64,000 nucleotides of DNA, from the NCBI GenBank assembly GCA_963718525.1, contig OY970355.1:1216001-1280000 (forward strand). The letters run 5' to 3'. The stretch is from Candidatus Dormiibacterota bacterium. Its GTDB lineage: Bacteria > Chloroflexota > Dormibacteria > Aeolococcales > Aeolococcaceae. Shown here one piece after another: positions 19,286 through 28,393 of this stretch; within the stretch, counting starts at the first letter, position 1, and every line of letters starts with the position of its first letter. A program made the translations under genes and the position numbers. The notes under the pieces were generated by a model. It ran no database searches and was not told the DNA's origin. It saw nothing but the letters and a program-made list of their open reading frames with translations.

Positions 19286-19777
19286 TCACTGCGGACTCGG
19301 AGGAGATGCCGACCAGGCCTCCAAGACAGCAGCGACAATGTTTTGGTACCCGGTACACCGGCAGAGATTGCCCGACAACAGTTCCCGAACAGCCTTCTCG
19401 TCGGGGTAGTTGGACGGGTCAACGCCCTCCAGCGTCATCAGGATTCCGGCTGTACAGAACCCGCACTGAACCGCGCGGTGCTGCTCGAACGATCGCTGCA
19501 TGTGGTTCAGCCCCGTGGCTGGTGTGATGCCTTCGATGGTGGTGATCTCTGCACCGTCGGCCTGGACGGCGAGCATGATGCAGGACCGGACTGACGCACC
19601 ATCCACCAGGATCGTGCACGCTCCACAGACTCCCTGCTCGCATCCCACGTGCGTGCCGGTCAAGCCCAGGTCTTCACGAAGGAAGTCGCTGAGCAGCCGG
19701 CGAGCTGCCACGGCGCATCGGATGCGCTCTCGGTTCACAACGACCTCGATCTCCAGCGTCTCGAGCGGCTCCCTCAC
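19286..19777 (-). CDS. Mo-hydroxylase small (2Fe-2S) subunit, CoxS/CutS-like
   Basis: GCEQGVCGACT..SC, QCGFCTAG, GNLCRCTGY; GTGA-coupled to the FAD subunit. Confidence 0.93.
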   Translation of the reverse strand: MREPLETLEIEVVVNRERIRCAVAARRLLSDFLREDLGLTGTHVGCEQGVCGACTILVDGASVRSCIMLAVQADGAEITTIEGITPATGLNHMQRSFEQHRAVQCGFCTAGILMTLEGVDPSNYPDEKAVRELLSGNLCRCTGYQNIVAAVLEAWSASPPSPQ

Positions 19778-20643
19778 CGATCCCACGGTGCGGCCACCTC
19801 CGACAACGCTCGCGAAACCAAGACCGCGAGCATCTCCTTCCTGTATTCGGCGGTCGCGTGCAGATCGGTGAAGGTCGTGACTTGACGGGCCGCCGCGACA
19901 CCCGCTTCGAGGAACGTCTCCCGCGTGCACGGCGCACCCGTGATCACGACTTCGGCCTCGGACAGCCGCATGGGTTCGCCACTCACGCCGATCGCCGCGA
20001 GGCGGGCCTCGGAAATGGTCCTGGCGTCCGAGCCGACGCGGACCAGCGCAGCCACGCCCGCCAATGCGAAGTCACCGGCGCGCCGGGCCAGTTCAAGAAA
20101 CGTCGTCCGGCTTCCGGCGACATTGTGGAAGCGGATCTCGGTCAGTACCTCGTCCGGGTTCGCCGCTGTGGTGAACGGCCCACGGAAGAAGTCTGAGGCG
20201 TGGACGATGCGGTCAGCTCTGGAGTTGCGAAGGACCATCTCTGCATCCAATATCAGGGCCACAGCCGGCAGTTCGGCGGCCGGAGCCGCGTGGGCGAGGC
20301 TTCCACCGATGGTTCCGCGGTTCCTGATCTGCAGATGCCCGACGTGGCGAAGGGCCTGCACAACCAGTGGTGTCGTTGCCGAGACTTCGTGAGATTGCTT
20401 CGCCGAGGTCTGGCGCACCATCGCTCCAGCGATCAGAGTCCCCCCGTCGACCGTCAGGGAGTCCATGCCGCTCACGGCGCTGAGATCGATCAGCACCGAC
20501 GGTCGAATCAGCCGAAAGTTGAGCATCGGCATGAGGCTCTGGCCGCCCGCGAGCAACTTGGCCTCGTCGCCGTGCTGTGCTAGGAGTGTGAGCACGTCGC
20601 TGAGGTCGTCTGGACGTGCGTACTTGAGGGGCGGTGGTTTCAT
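19774..20643 (-). CDS. Mo-hydroxylase medium (FAD-binding) subunit, CoxM/CutM-like
   Basis: MKPPPLKY, LAGGQSLMPMLNFRL, QIRNRGTIGGSLAH, RRAGDFAL. Confidence 0.93.
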   Translation of the reverse strand: MKPPPLKYARPDDLSDVLTLLAQHGDEAKLLAGGQSLMPMLNFRLIRPSVLIDLSAVSGMDSLTVDGGTLIAGAMVRQTSAKQSHEVSATTPLVVQALRHVGHLQIRNRGTIGGSLAHAAPAAELPAVALILDAEMVLRNSRADRIVHASDFFRGPFTTAANPDEVLTEIRFHNVAGSRTTFLELARRAGDFALAGVAALVRVGSDARTISEARLAAIGVSGEPMRLSEAEVVITGAPCTRETFLEAGVAAARQVTTFTDLHATAEYRKEMLAVLVSRALSEVAAPWDR

Positions 20644-20670
20644 CGTGGTCTCAGCGGCGAACGAGGGGGT

Positions 20671-21069
20671 TCAATCAGCCGCTACAAACTGTATCTCGAT
20701 GAGGAAGTCCGGATCCACCAACTGACTGACGACCACCAGGACGGTCGGAGGAAACTTGCCCTCCGGATAGAGGTCCTTGTATACGGCCGCGCGCACTCGG
20801 TAGTACTCGGCGATGTCCTCCTTCCGAACCAGGTACGTGGTCATGTGGACAATGTTCGAGTACGAGAGACCTTCGCCCTTGAGAGCCTCACCCATCTCGG
20901 CATAGGCTGCAAGCATCTGACGCTCGAGGTCACCTTTCCCGATGACCTTTCCATCCGTGTCCATCGCGGTCACCCCGGCGAAGAAAGCAAGATTGCCGGC
21001 GCGCGCCACGTGGGAGTAAAGACCAATCGGGGTGGGCAGCGTTTCGAGAAGCTTGTACTCGACCGTCAC
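20671..21069 (-). CDS. Rid (YjgF/RidA) family protein
   Basis: PIGLYSHVARAGNLAFFAG, IVHMTTYL, FPPTVLVVVSQL, LIEIQ. Confidence 0.9.
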   Translation of the reverse strand: MTVEYKLLETLPTPIGLYSHVARAGNLAFFAGVTAMDTDGKVIGKGDLERQMLAAYAEMGEALKGEGLSYSNIVHMTTYLVRKEDIAEYYRVRAAVYKDLYPEGKFPPTVLVVVSQLVDPDFLIEIQFVAAD

Positions 21070-21161
21070 CGTTGTCTCCTCAGTGGTGGCTCATCGGCTA
21101 ACAGTGGGCGCCAGTCTAACCAGTGGCCCGGCACGGCTCAGCCTCCACGCCTCAGCAGATC

Positions 21162-22043
21162 TCAGGTCGAGCTGTTTCGTTGCGAACGGAACATGAGTTG
21201 AGCGCCACATGCCGCGCCGGGCGAGACCATCGCACCGCCGTCGCCCGAGCTCAGGGCTCCGGAACGTGCCATGGCGAGCGTCAGGTCCGGCACGTTCAGA
21301 TCAATCTGAAACAACCCCTCACCTTCCCGCTGGAGAGCATGCAGAGCCGACCCGGCACCAGCCGGTTGCAGGAGATCGACATAGAAGTCTCCCAGGCGGA
21401 GTCTCGTGCGCCACGCACCCACAGACGGTTCTTCCACCAATTGCTCCTCGACGGTCAGCCCGAGCCCATGAACGTAGAGCTGCAGCGCTGCAGGAAGATC
21501 TCGAAGCACAACACCAACTCCAGCAACGCCCGAGGCGCCGTTGGGATGATGCGTTGACCCGTCGAGCATGAGACGCTCGGCCGTGGGTGTCTCCCACTCA
21601 ATGAAGAAGGGCCACGGACGTCGCCAGGCGGTGCCAGAGGGCACGAACAGGCGCCAGCTCAGGCGCTGGCCATCGGGCAGCGCGCGCTCCATGGAAAATG
21701 GCCCGAGTCCAGCCGGTAGGGCCGGGCTCCACGTCGAGGCGAGAGCATCGAGATCATCAGCGGCCATCGCGAATCCGACTCCCCCGCCAGAATGTGCGTC
21801 AAGGTACCTGATGAGATCCAGCAAGTTCCCGCCCGCGGCCCTCCCCAGGTCCTCATCATGAACGCTGATCAGTTCCAGGTAGTCAACACCAAATCGAATG
21901 ATCGCGTTCTCAGTGCCTCTTCCCTTGTGGCGGCCGCCGGCGACGCAATGGAACCCGAGACTTCTGTAGGCCTCGACTGCCTCGTTGAGGTCTCGGACAG
22001 CGATCACCGCGTGATCAAATCTGCTGACCCGCGCCTCAATCAT
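21162..22043 (-). CDS. VOC / glyoxalase_3 family protein (two domains)
   Basis: FDHAVIAVRDL, GGRH..GTENAI, YLELI, PFFIEW, HPNGA. Confidence 0.88.
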   Translation of the reverse strand: MIEARVSRFDHAVIAVRDLNEAVEAYRSLGFHCVAGGRHKGRGTENAIIRFGVDYLELISVHDEDLGRAAGGNLLDLIRYLDAHSGGGVGFAMAADDLDALASTWSPALPAGLGPFSMERALPDGQRLSWRLFVPSGTAWRRPWPFFIEWETPTAERLMLDGSTHHPNGASGVAGVGVVLRDLPAALQLYVHGLGLTVEEQLVEEPSVGAWRTRLRLGDFYVDLLQPAGAGSALHALQREGEGLFQIDLNVPDLTLAMARSGALSSGDGGAMVSPGAACGAQLMFRSQRNSST

Positions 22044-22135
22044 TCGACACGTGCGCGCGCCTTCGGTTCGCTGACCGCGACATTGCCGCCGCGCATTTCC
22101 ACACGAGGAGGGGTTGCATTGTCTCGTGCCTCAAC

Positions 22136-22175
22136 TGGTCAACGGTTGACTGTCGACCGCATTCGAGAATACCAT
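22136..22175 (+). promoter_or_regulatory. gntR promoter/operator (site 1)
   Basis: TGGTCAACGG-TTGACT-GTCGACCG; TTGACT-N18-TACCAT; same architecture as the sites at 23020 and 37802. Confidence 0.65.
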
Positions 22176-22314
22176 GCGGTGGTGGTCTGCCTGCCTCACT
22201 CCGGCCTCGGACCGCAATTGGTTCGGTGCTTCCATCTCATGCAACAGCTGAGCATGAGCACTCTCAGGCGACGGTCTCCCTTGCGGGTCGGCCAAATCCT
22301 AACAAACGAACCCT

Positions 22315-23013
22315 GTGATTAAGGTCTCTTCGAGCGGTCCGATTGCGTTCGCCGGTCTGAGCCAGGAGGTTGCGCGTCGCCTCCGCGAGCAAATCCTGTC
22401 GGGGCAACTGGGTGATGGCGCCCGGATCGTCGAGCGCGACGTTGCTCAGGACATGGGTCTCAGCCGAGGGCCGATACGCGACGCGCTTCGTCAGCTGGAG
22501 CATGAGGGACTGATCACCTGGCTCCCTCGACGAGGTGCGCGGGTCGCGTCCATCACACGCGACGACGCCGAGGAGTTCTTCGCCCTTCGGGCTGCTGTGG
22601 AACCCGTGGCGGCCGAGTTCTTTCTCAAGCGCAAGGCTCCGGATATGTTCGTGCCGTTCGACGACTGTCTCGAGCGACTCCAGCGAGCCGCTGATGCGGA
22701 GGACTGGCCCGAGGCTACGCGGGTACATATGGAGTTTCACAGCCTCGTGTACACGCTCTGCGGGCGCCGACGCCTCGAGCGTGTATGGGAGTCGTTGAGC
22801 GTGCCGGTGCTTCAGACTTTCAGGCTCCACCGACCGCTCGTCGACACGATTGGAGACTTGCCGCGAATGCACGCTGTGATCCTGGATGCGATGAAGCAAG
22901 GACCCCTGGCGACGGCCAAGAAAGTGGTCCGGCAACACGCCCTTGAATACGAGGATGACGTTCTGAAGGCCCTTTCGGCGCCCTTTGCGCTCCGGGAATC
23001 CGACGCCGGTTGA
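22315..23013 (+). CDS. GntR family regulator (FadR/FCD subfamily)
   Basis: LREQILSGQL..G.RIVE..VAQDMGLSRGPIRDALRQLEHEGLI; FCD domain with EFHSLV and MH. Confidence 0.93.
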   Translation: MIKVSSSGPIAFAGLSQEVARRLREQILSGQLGDGARIVERDVAQDMGLSRGPIRDALRQLEHEGLITWLPRRGARVASITRDDAEEFFALRAAVEPVAAEFFLKRKAPDMFVPFDDCLERLQRAADAEDWPEATRVHMEFHSLVYTLCGRRRLERVWESLSVPVLQTFRLHRPLVDTIGDLPRMHAVILDAMKQGPLATAKKVVRQHALEYEDDVLKALSAPFALRESDAG

Positions 23014-23059
23014 CCTGTTTGGTCAACCATTGACACTTGACCACCAACATTCATAGAAT
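23008..23059 (+). promoter_or_regulatory. Promoter/operator (site 2) of the dehydrogenase-FAH-Rid operon
   Basis: Palindrome GGTTGACC-TGTTT-GGTCAACC, then TTGACA(23030)-CTTGACCA...; N18; TAGAAT(23054). Confidence 0.75.
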
Positions 23060-23109
23060 GGCGCGGCCCGGCATCATCCAGCCAGGGGCAGGGGAGCCTT
23101 GGAGAGCAA

Positions 23110-24222
23110 ATGCACGTTCTCAAGGAATCGAAGGAGGCAGACCGCACACGAATGACAGGCTCTGAAACCGACGGACACGGATCGCCTCAGGGCGTAACGC
23201 GGCCGACCCGCGTCGTCGTGTGGTCGGACCAGCTTGCGACGCCCGACCTGCTGGGGCCGTTCGCCGGACCCGCACCGGGCCTCCCCGAGGATCGCTCCGG
23301 GGCCAGCTACGTCTTCGCCAACACTGACGAGCAGCTTCAGTCGGCGATCCAAGACGCGGATGTCGTGTTCGGATGGAACTACTTCACCAATCCGAAGATG
23401 CTGCAACGGGCGCTTCCGTTCGCGAACCATCTGGGCTGGGTGCAGGCTGCTGGAGTAGGCATTGAGCGGCTGCTCTTCCCAGAGCTGATCAACAGCGACG
23501 TCATCCTCACCAATGGCGCAGGAGTGTACGAGCAGAATATCGCCGAGTATGCGGTGATGCTCATGCTGCTCTTCGCCAAAGACGTCGTCCAGACTGTTCA
23601 TGATCAGCAGGCACATCGCTGGGAGTTCCGGGGCCCGAAAAACGATACGTTGCAGGGCCGTGAGCTTGTGGTCGTCGGCGTCGGGGGAATCGGCCGTGCG
23701 ATCGCTCGCCAGGGCCGGACGTTCGGAATGAAGACAATCGGCGTCGCACGCAGCGGTCGTGATGGCGATGCGGATTTCGACATCATCCATCCGATATCCG
23801 AACTGCTCCGGGTCTTGCCAACTGCCGATTACGTCGTGCTGATCGTCCCTTCGACGCCGGACACCAACGGCATGATGGGAGAGGAGGCCTTCGGGCTGAT
23901 GAAGCCCTCGGCGCGGCTCATCAATCTCGGTCGCGGTGAGCTCGTGGTTGAGGCCGCGCTGATGGCCGCATTACGCAATGGTGAGATCGCCGGCGCTGCG
24001 CTGGATGTGTTCTGGAAGGAACCTCTGCCCAAGGACCACCCGCTCTGGGACATGCCGAATGTCATCATCTCTCCTCACATCGCCGGAGACGTGGCGACCA
24101 CACCGGAACAGTTCGTCGAGCTCTTTCTCAACAATCTGTCGCGCTGGCAGTCCGGCCGGCAGCTGGTGAACGTCGTCGACAAGCGGCTGGGATTCGCACC
24201 GCTGTCGGCGTCGGCGGTTTGA
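23110..24222 (+). CDS. D-2-hydroxyacid dehydrogenase (NAD(P)-binding)
   Basis: VVGVGGIG, LINLGRG, ALDVFWKEPL, ISPHIAG; start may be ATG 23152. Confidence 0.9.
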   Translation: MHVLKESKEADRTRMTGSETDGHGSPQGVTRPTRVVVWSDQLATPDLLGPFAGPAPGLPEDRSGASYVFANTDEQLQSAIQDADVVFGWNYFTNPKMLQRALPFANHLGWVQAAGVGIERLLFPELINSDVILTNGAGVYEQNIAEYAVMLMLLFAKDVVQTVHDQQAHRWEFRGPKNDTLQGRELVVVGVGGIGRAIARQGRTFGMKTIGVARSGRDGDADFDIIHPISELLRVLPTADYVVLIVPSTPDTNGMMGEEAFGLMKPSARLINLGRGELVVEAALMAALRNGEIAGAALDVFWKEPLPKDHPLWDMPNVIISPHIAGDVATTPEQFVELFLNNLSRWQSGRQLVNVVDKRLGFAPLSASAV

Positions 24223-24230
24223 GAGCAGAT

Positions 24231-25205
24231 ATGGCAGAGCTCAGATTCGTCATGGCGGAGGGGACGGCCCCAAACCTCGACATCGAGAAGGAATTCCTCA
24301 AGGGGCAGGACGTCGACATCCGCATCACCCCTCTCGACACGGCTGACGCGGTCGGTCGTGAAACCGTGGACGCAGACGCTGTCATCGTCGGCACCGAGCC
24401 CATGTCGCGTCCATTTATCGAGCGCTTCGGTCCCAAGGTCAAGATCATCGGTCGTGCAGGCATCGGCCTCGACGCGATAGACATGGATGCGGCACGCGAG
24501 CACGGGGTTGCGGTCTTCCATACACCTGATTACGCCACTGAGGAAGTGGCCACCCATGCCCTTGCGCTGATACTGGCGCTGAATCGAAGGATCGTCGAGG
24601 GTGATGCGGTCGCGCGGTCGAATTGGCCGGCGTATGAAAGTCTGCTTCCGGTCAAGCCCCTCAGCGATCAGGTGGTGGGGATCGTTGGACTCGGCCGCAT
24701 TGGTCGAGCGGTCATCGAGCGACTTGTGCCCTTTCGCCCGACGATTATCGGGTTCGACCCGTTCGTGGACTCGCCGGTGCCCGGTGTCGAGCGAGCAGGC
24801 TCGTTGGACGACGTGCTGACGCGATCTGACATCGTGACGCTCCATCTGCCGGTAACCCCCGAGACGGTGAAGGTGATCGGTCGGCGCGAGATCGGACTGC
24901 TGCGGCCGGGCGCCTTGCTCATCAATGTCTCTCGCGGGCGCCTGATCGATGAAGAGGCCCTTGTCGAGGCGCTCGCCGACGACCGCATCCGCGCAGGACT
25001 GGACGTTGTGACTACGGAGCCACCCCCGCGGGACGCACCGATCCTGACGGCCCCAAACGCCTTGCTCTCCCCGCACTTTGCGTGGTACTCAGATTCGTCT
25101 CAACGGCGCGTGCGCACGGAAACGCTGGCTGGTGTCTTGAACTACCTGCGTGACGAACCTCTTCAGACGGGCCAACTCGTGGTCGACCCACGCGTCTCCG
25201 CGTAG
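24231..25205 (+). CDS. D-2-hydroxyacid dehydrogenase (CtBP/PGDH-like)
   Basis: GRAGIGLDAID, PDYATEEVATHA, GIVGLGRIG, INVSRG, LSPHFAWYS. Confidence 0.9.
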   Translation: MAELRFVMAEGTAPNLDIEKEFLKGQDVDIRITPLDTADAVGRETVDADAVIVGTEPMSRPFIERFGPKVKIIGRAGIGLDAIDMDAAREHGVAVFHTPDYATEEVATHALALILALNRRIVEGDAVARSNWPAYESLLPVKPLSDQVVGIVGLGRIGRAVIERLVPFRPTIIGFDPFVDSPVPGVERAGSLDDVLTRSDIVTLHLPVTPETVKVIGRREIGLLRPGALLINVSRGRLIDEEALVEALADDRIRAGLDVVTTEPPPRDAPILTAPNALLSPHFAWYSDSSQRRVRTETLAGVLNYLRDEPLQTGQLVVDPRVSA

Positions 25206-25273
25206 CGCGCGTCAGTGGTGGGATTGGGCGCGAAGTTGATGTCTGGTATTGATCTGAATATTGGAGACGTTGA

Positions 25274-26155
25274 ATGAGACTTGCGACTGCCTTGGTGAAT
25301 GGCCAGACTCGGTTGTTCCTCGAAACGCCGGCAGGCATGCTTGACGTAGCACAACGTGTGCCTGAAGCCGCCGGCGTGTCTGACGTGGGAGCGCTGTTAC
25401 GAGCCGGAAGCCACGCCATGGCCGCAGTACGATCGCTGGAGGCCGGCAACACGTCCGGAGAAACGCTCAGCGCGGGCGATCTGGAGTGGGCGCCGCCGAT
25501 CACCAATCCTTCGAAGATCATCTGCATTGGTCTGAATTACCGTGCTCATGCTGCCGAGGGCGGCGACCCGCTGCCCACGCGTCCGATCATCTTCGCAAAG
25601 TTCTCAAACACCCTGATCGCTTGCGGCCAGAGCGTTGCTCACCCCCACATCTCTGAGAGTCTCGATTATGAGGGTGAGTTGGGCGTGGTGATAGGCCAGC
25701 GGGTCACCAACGTGGCCGTCGAGAACGCATCATCTGCGGTCGCCGGTTATGTCGTCGCGAATGACGTGACAGCCCGTGACATCCAGTCGGGCGACCCCGC
25801 GTCTCAGTGGGTGCGCGGGAAATCATTGGATACCTTCGCCCCGATGGGACCCTACTTCACCACGGCCGATGCGGTCGCCGATTGGCGATTGTTGCGCCTC
25901 CAGACCTGGGTCAATGGCGAGTCGAGACAGGATGAATTGTGCGGTGACATGATTTTCGGCGTTGAGGAGCTGATCTCGTTCGTCAGCCAGGACCTCACCC
26001 TCGAGCCCGGCGACGTCATTCTGACCGGCACACCCTCGGGCGTCGGAGCTGGTTTCACACCGCCCCGTTGGTTGCATCCGGGGGATACCGTCGAGGTTGA
26101 AATCTCCGGACTGGGAAGATTGACGTCCCCGGTCACAACGGCGCAGGGGGCGTGA
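25274..26155 (+). CDS. Fumarylacetoacetate hydrolase family protein
   Basis: KIICIGLNY..HA.E, DYEGEL, NDVTARD, GKSLDTF, PGDVILTGTP. Confidence 0.93.
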   Translation: MRLATALVNGQTRLFLETPAGMLDVAQRVPEAAGVSDVGALLRAGSHAMAAVRSLEAGNTSGETLSAGDLEWAPPITNPSKIICIGLNYRAHAAEGGDPLPTRPIIFAKFSNTLIACGQSVAHPHISESLDYEGELGVVIGQRVTNVAVENASSAVAGYVVANDVTARDIQSGDPASQWVRGKSLDTFAPMGPYFTTADAVADWRLLRLQTWVNGESRQDELCGDMIFGVEELISFVSQDLTLEPGDVILTGTPSGVGAGFTPPRWLHPGDTVEVEISGLGRLTSPVTTAQGA

Positions 26156-26162
26156 GGCAAGG

Positions 26163-26564
26163 ATGACCGTCACGTACCGGAATCTGTCCACGCTTCCGCC
26201 TCCGATTGGCCTGTACTCGCACGTGGCCCGCGCCGGCAACCTGGCATTCTTCGCCGGCATGGCCGCCATCGACGCGGACGGAACGATCATCGGCAAGGAC
26301 GACCTCGAGACGCAGATGCGCGCGATGTACACGGAGATGGGTGAAGCTCTGAAGGCCGAAGGCTTGACCTACTCGAATGTCGTGCAGATGACCACATATC
26401 TCGTGCGTGAGCAGGACATCGCTGAGTTCTATCGAGTTCGAGAGCTTGTCTATCAGGAGCTCTATCCGGATGGGAAGTTCCCGCCGAATGCCTTGCTGAT
26501 TGTCAGCCGGTTAGTCGATCCAGACCTCCTGATCGAACTGCAGATTACGGCAGCGGGCGACTGA
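26163..26564 (+). CDS. Rid (YjgF/RidA) family protein; close paralog of 20671-21069
   Basis: PPIGLYSHVARAGNLAFFAG, FPPNALLIVSRL, LIELQ. Confidence 0.9.
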   Translation: MTVTYRNLSTLPPPIGLYSHVARAGNLAFFAGMAAIDADGTIIGKDDLETQMRAMYTEMGEALKAEGLTYSNVVQMTTYLVREQDIAEFYRVRELVYQELYPDGKFPPNALLIVSRLVDPDLLIELQITAAGD

Positions 26565-26593
26565 TCGAGCCACGTCGGGCAATATCACGATTG

Positions 26594-27970
26594 TCATATG
26601 TCAGGGTGGCGCCCGCTCCACTCGGTCGACGATTCATACGCGTGTGCTGCCCGCAAGACATCTCGGTCACCGAGCGGAGGACCCGCAAACTGCAGGCCAA
26701 TCGGCAGTTGATGACTCCCGAAACCGCAGGTGATGGAGATGGCCGGCCCGCCGGACAGGTTGAACAGCGATGTGAAGAGTGCTGATGGCGGGACCTTGAG
26801 AACACGGTCGACGGGTCGGGGATGATCAGGTATCCGCTCCGCGACATAGCCGATCGTGGGAAGCATGAGAACATCGACCGATCGGAAACACGCGTCCAAT
26901 CGCCGCGCGATTTCGCGGCGAGCTCGCTGCGCCTGAAGGTAGGTCGTTGCGCTCAGCAGAGCGCCGGCCTTCAGAAGGAGCCTGAATTCGCGACCGTAGA
27001 GTTCGGGTTTGGTGCGAAGGTCATTGAGGTGATATGCGGCGGCTTCGGGTAGCGTGATCAGATAGAACGCGGCGGTTGCCGCCGTCAGGCTCACTCCGAT
27101 GTCCACTCCTGTGACCTCCGCGCTCAGGCTCCGCATATGTGACGCTGCGGCGTCGAATGAGGCCAGTATTTCCGGGTCGCAGCGATCCTGGAAAAATGTC
27201 CACGGAATTCCGATTCGCATGCCCGCAACACCTGGTGGGCTTGTGCCCTCGTCGACGTACGGGCGACCTGAGCACGCTTCGAGCATCATCGACGCATCCT
27301 CGACAGTGCGAGTCAACGGTCCAACGTGATCCAGGCTCCAGGAGAGTGGGAAGACCCCTTGCCGGCTGATCCGACCGTAGGTCGGCTTCAGGCCAACCAC
27401 CCCGCACAGGCTGGCCGGCATCCGGATCGAGCCGCCGGTATCCGTACCTACAGCGCCATACGCCATTCCGGCTGCCACCGCAACTCCGGGTCCAGAGCTG
27501 GAACCACCCGGGGTGAGACTGGGTGACCATGGATTGCGCGGCGGTGGATAGGGTCCTTCGAGACTCGGGCCACCGAGCGCGAACTCGCTGGTGGCCAGTT
27601 TCCCAACGATGATGGCGCCGGCACTCTTCAGCCGGTGCACGACCGCCGCATCATGATCGGCGACGTACTCACGCCGTAGCTCCGACCCCGCCGTTGTCGG
27701 TCCCGAAGCGACGATATCCTTGATGGCGATCGGGACGCCGTGAAGTGGTCCCCGGTAGTCGCCCTTGACCATCTGCTGCTCAGCTTCCGTCGCATCCTTC
27801 ATGGCCTGTGCTTCGAAAATTGCGTAATAGGCGGAGAGACGGGGATTGATGAGTCGCACCCGCTCGAGAATCGCAGCGGTGACCTCAACCGGAGAAACCT
27901 CGGCCGCTCGAATCTTTGCTGCCACCTCGGTGATTGACAGGTAATGCAGCTCTGATCGAACCCCGCTCAC
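26594..27970 (-). CDS. Amidase (amidase-signature family)
   Basis: GPLHGVPIAIKD (Lys), GGSSSG, GTDTGGSIRMPA (Ser nucleophile), GLKPTYG. Confidence 0.94.
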   Translation of the reverse strand: MSGVRSELHYLSITEVAAKIRAAEVSPVEVTAAILERVRLINPRLSAYYAIFEAQAMKDATEAEQQMVKGDYRGPLHGVPIAIKDIVASGPTTAGSELRREYVADHDAAVVHRLKSAGAIIVGKLATSEFALGGPSLEGPYPPPRNPWSPSLTPGGSSSGPGVAVAAGMAYGAVGTDTGGSIRMPASLCGVVGLKPTYGRISRQGVFPLSWSLDHVGPLTRTVEDASMMLEACSGRPYVDEGTSPPGVAGMRIGIPWTFFQDRCDPEILASFDAAASHMRSLSAEVTGVDIGVSLTAATAAFYLITLPEAAAYHLNDLRTKPELYGREFRLLLKAGALLSATTYLQAQRARREIARRLDACFRSVDVLMLPTIGYVAERIPDHPRPVDRVLKVPPSALFTSLFNLSGGPAISITCGFGSHQLPIGLQFAGPPLGDRDVLRAAHAYESSTEWSGRHPDI

Positions 27971-28152
27971 GGCGAGTCCTCTGGTGCGATGAACGCCGGT
28001 TCGGTCGTGTCGGTCAACATCAGCTCGAGGACGCGCTCGAGATCGAGCAGCGTCTCGTACGCTCGGGTCAACTCCGCCAGTTCATCGCTCGGCAGGGGAA
28101 CAGCACGCCCAGTCAGACCTTGGATCACTGCCGCCTCGAGCGCATTTCGCAT
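27967..28152 (-). CDS. Small AtzG/GatC-like amidase partner protein (61 aa)
   Basis: MRNALEAAVIQGLTGRAVPLPSDELAELTRAYETLLDLERVLELMLTDTTEPAFIAPEDSP; helical, C-terminal EPA-F motif; GTGA-coupled to the amidase. Confidence 0.65.
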   Translation of the reverse strand: MRNALEAAVIQGLTGRAVPLPSDELAELTRAYETLLDLERVLELMLTDTTEPAFIAPEDSP

Positions 28153-28393
28153 TTGTCCCAAGTATGTGCACAACCGGAGCGGGTCAGCACAGAGTGATTG
28201 ACAGGCCGTCCGCTCGGTGGGACACTTGTCACCGCCCCCGTGCGATGACTTATATTGCATATCTGCCCTTGCGCGCCGACGGCATCTCGTGTCCCCTGGG
28301 GTGCGGATTGCGTCAATTCCACGAAGGATTTCCAACCCAAGTAGCACCGCTGTCGCTCTCGGAACCGATGGATTTGGCTCGCACGGACGCCCG

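Noticed and set aside
26594-28152. gatC-gatA (Glu-tRNA amidotransferase)
   Set aside because: No gatB, and the context is catabolic; treated as an amidase with a small partner.
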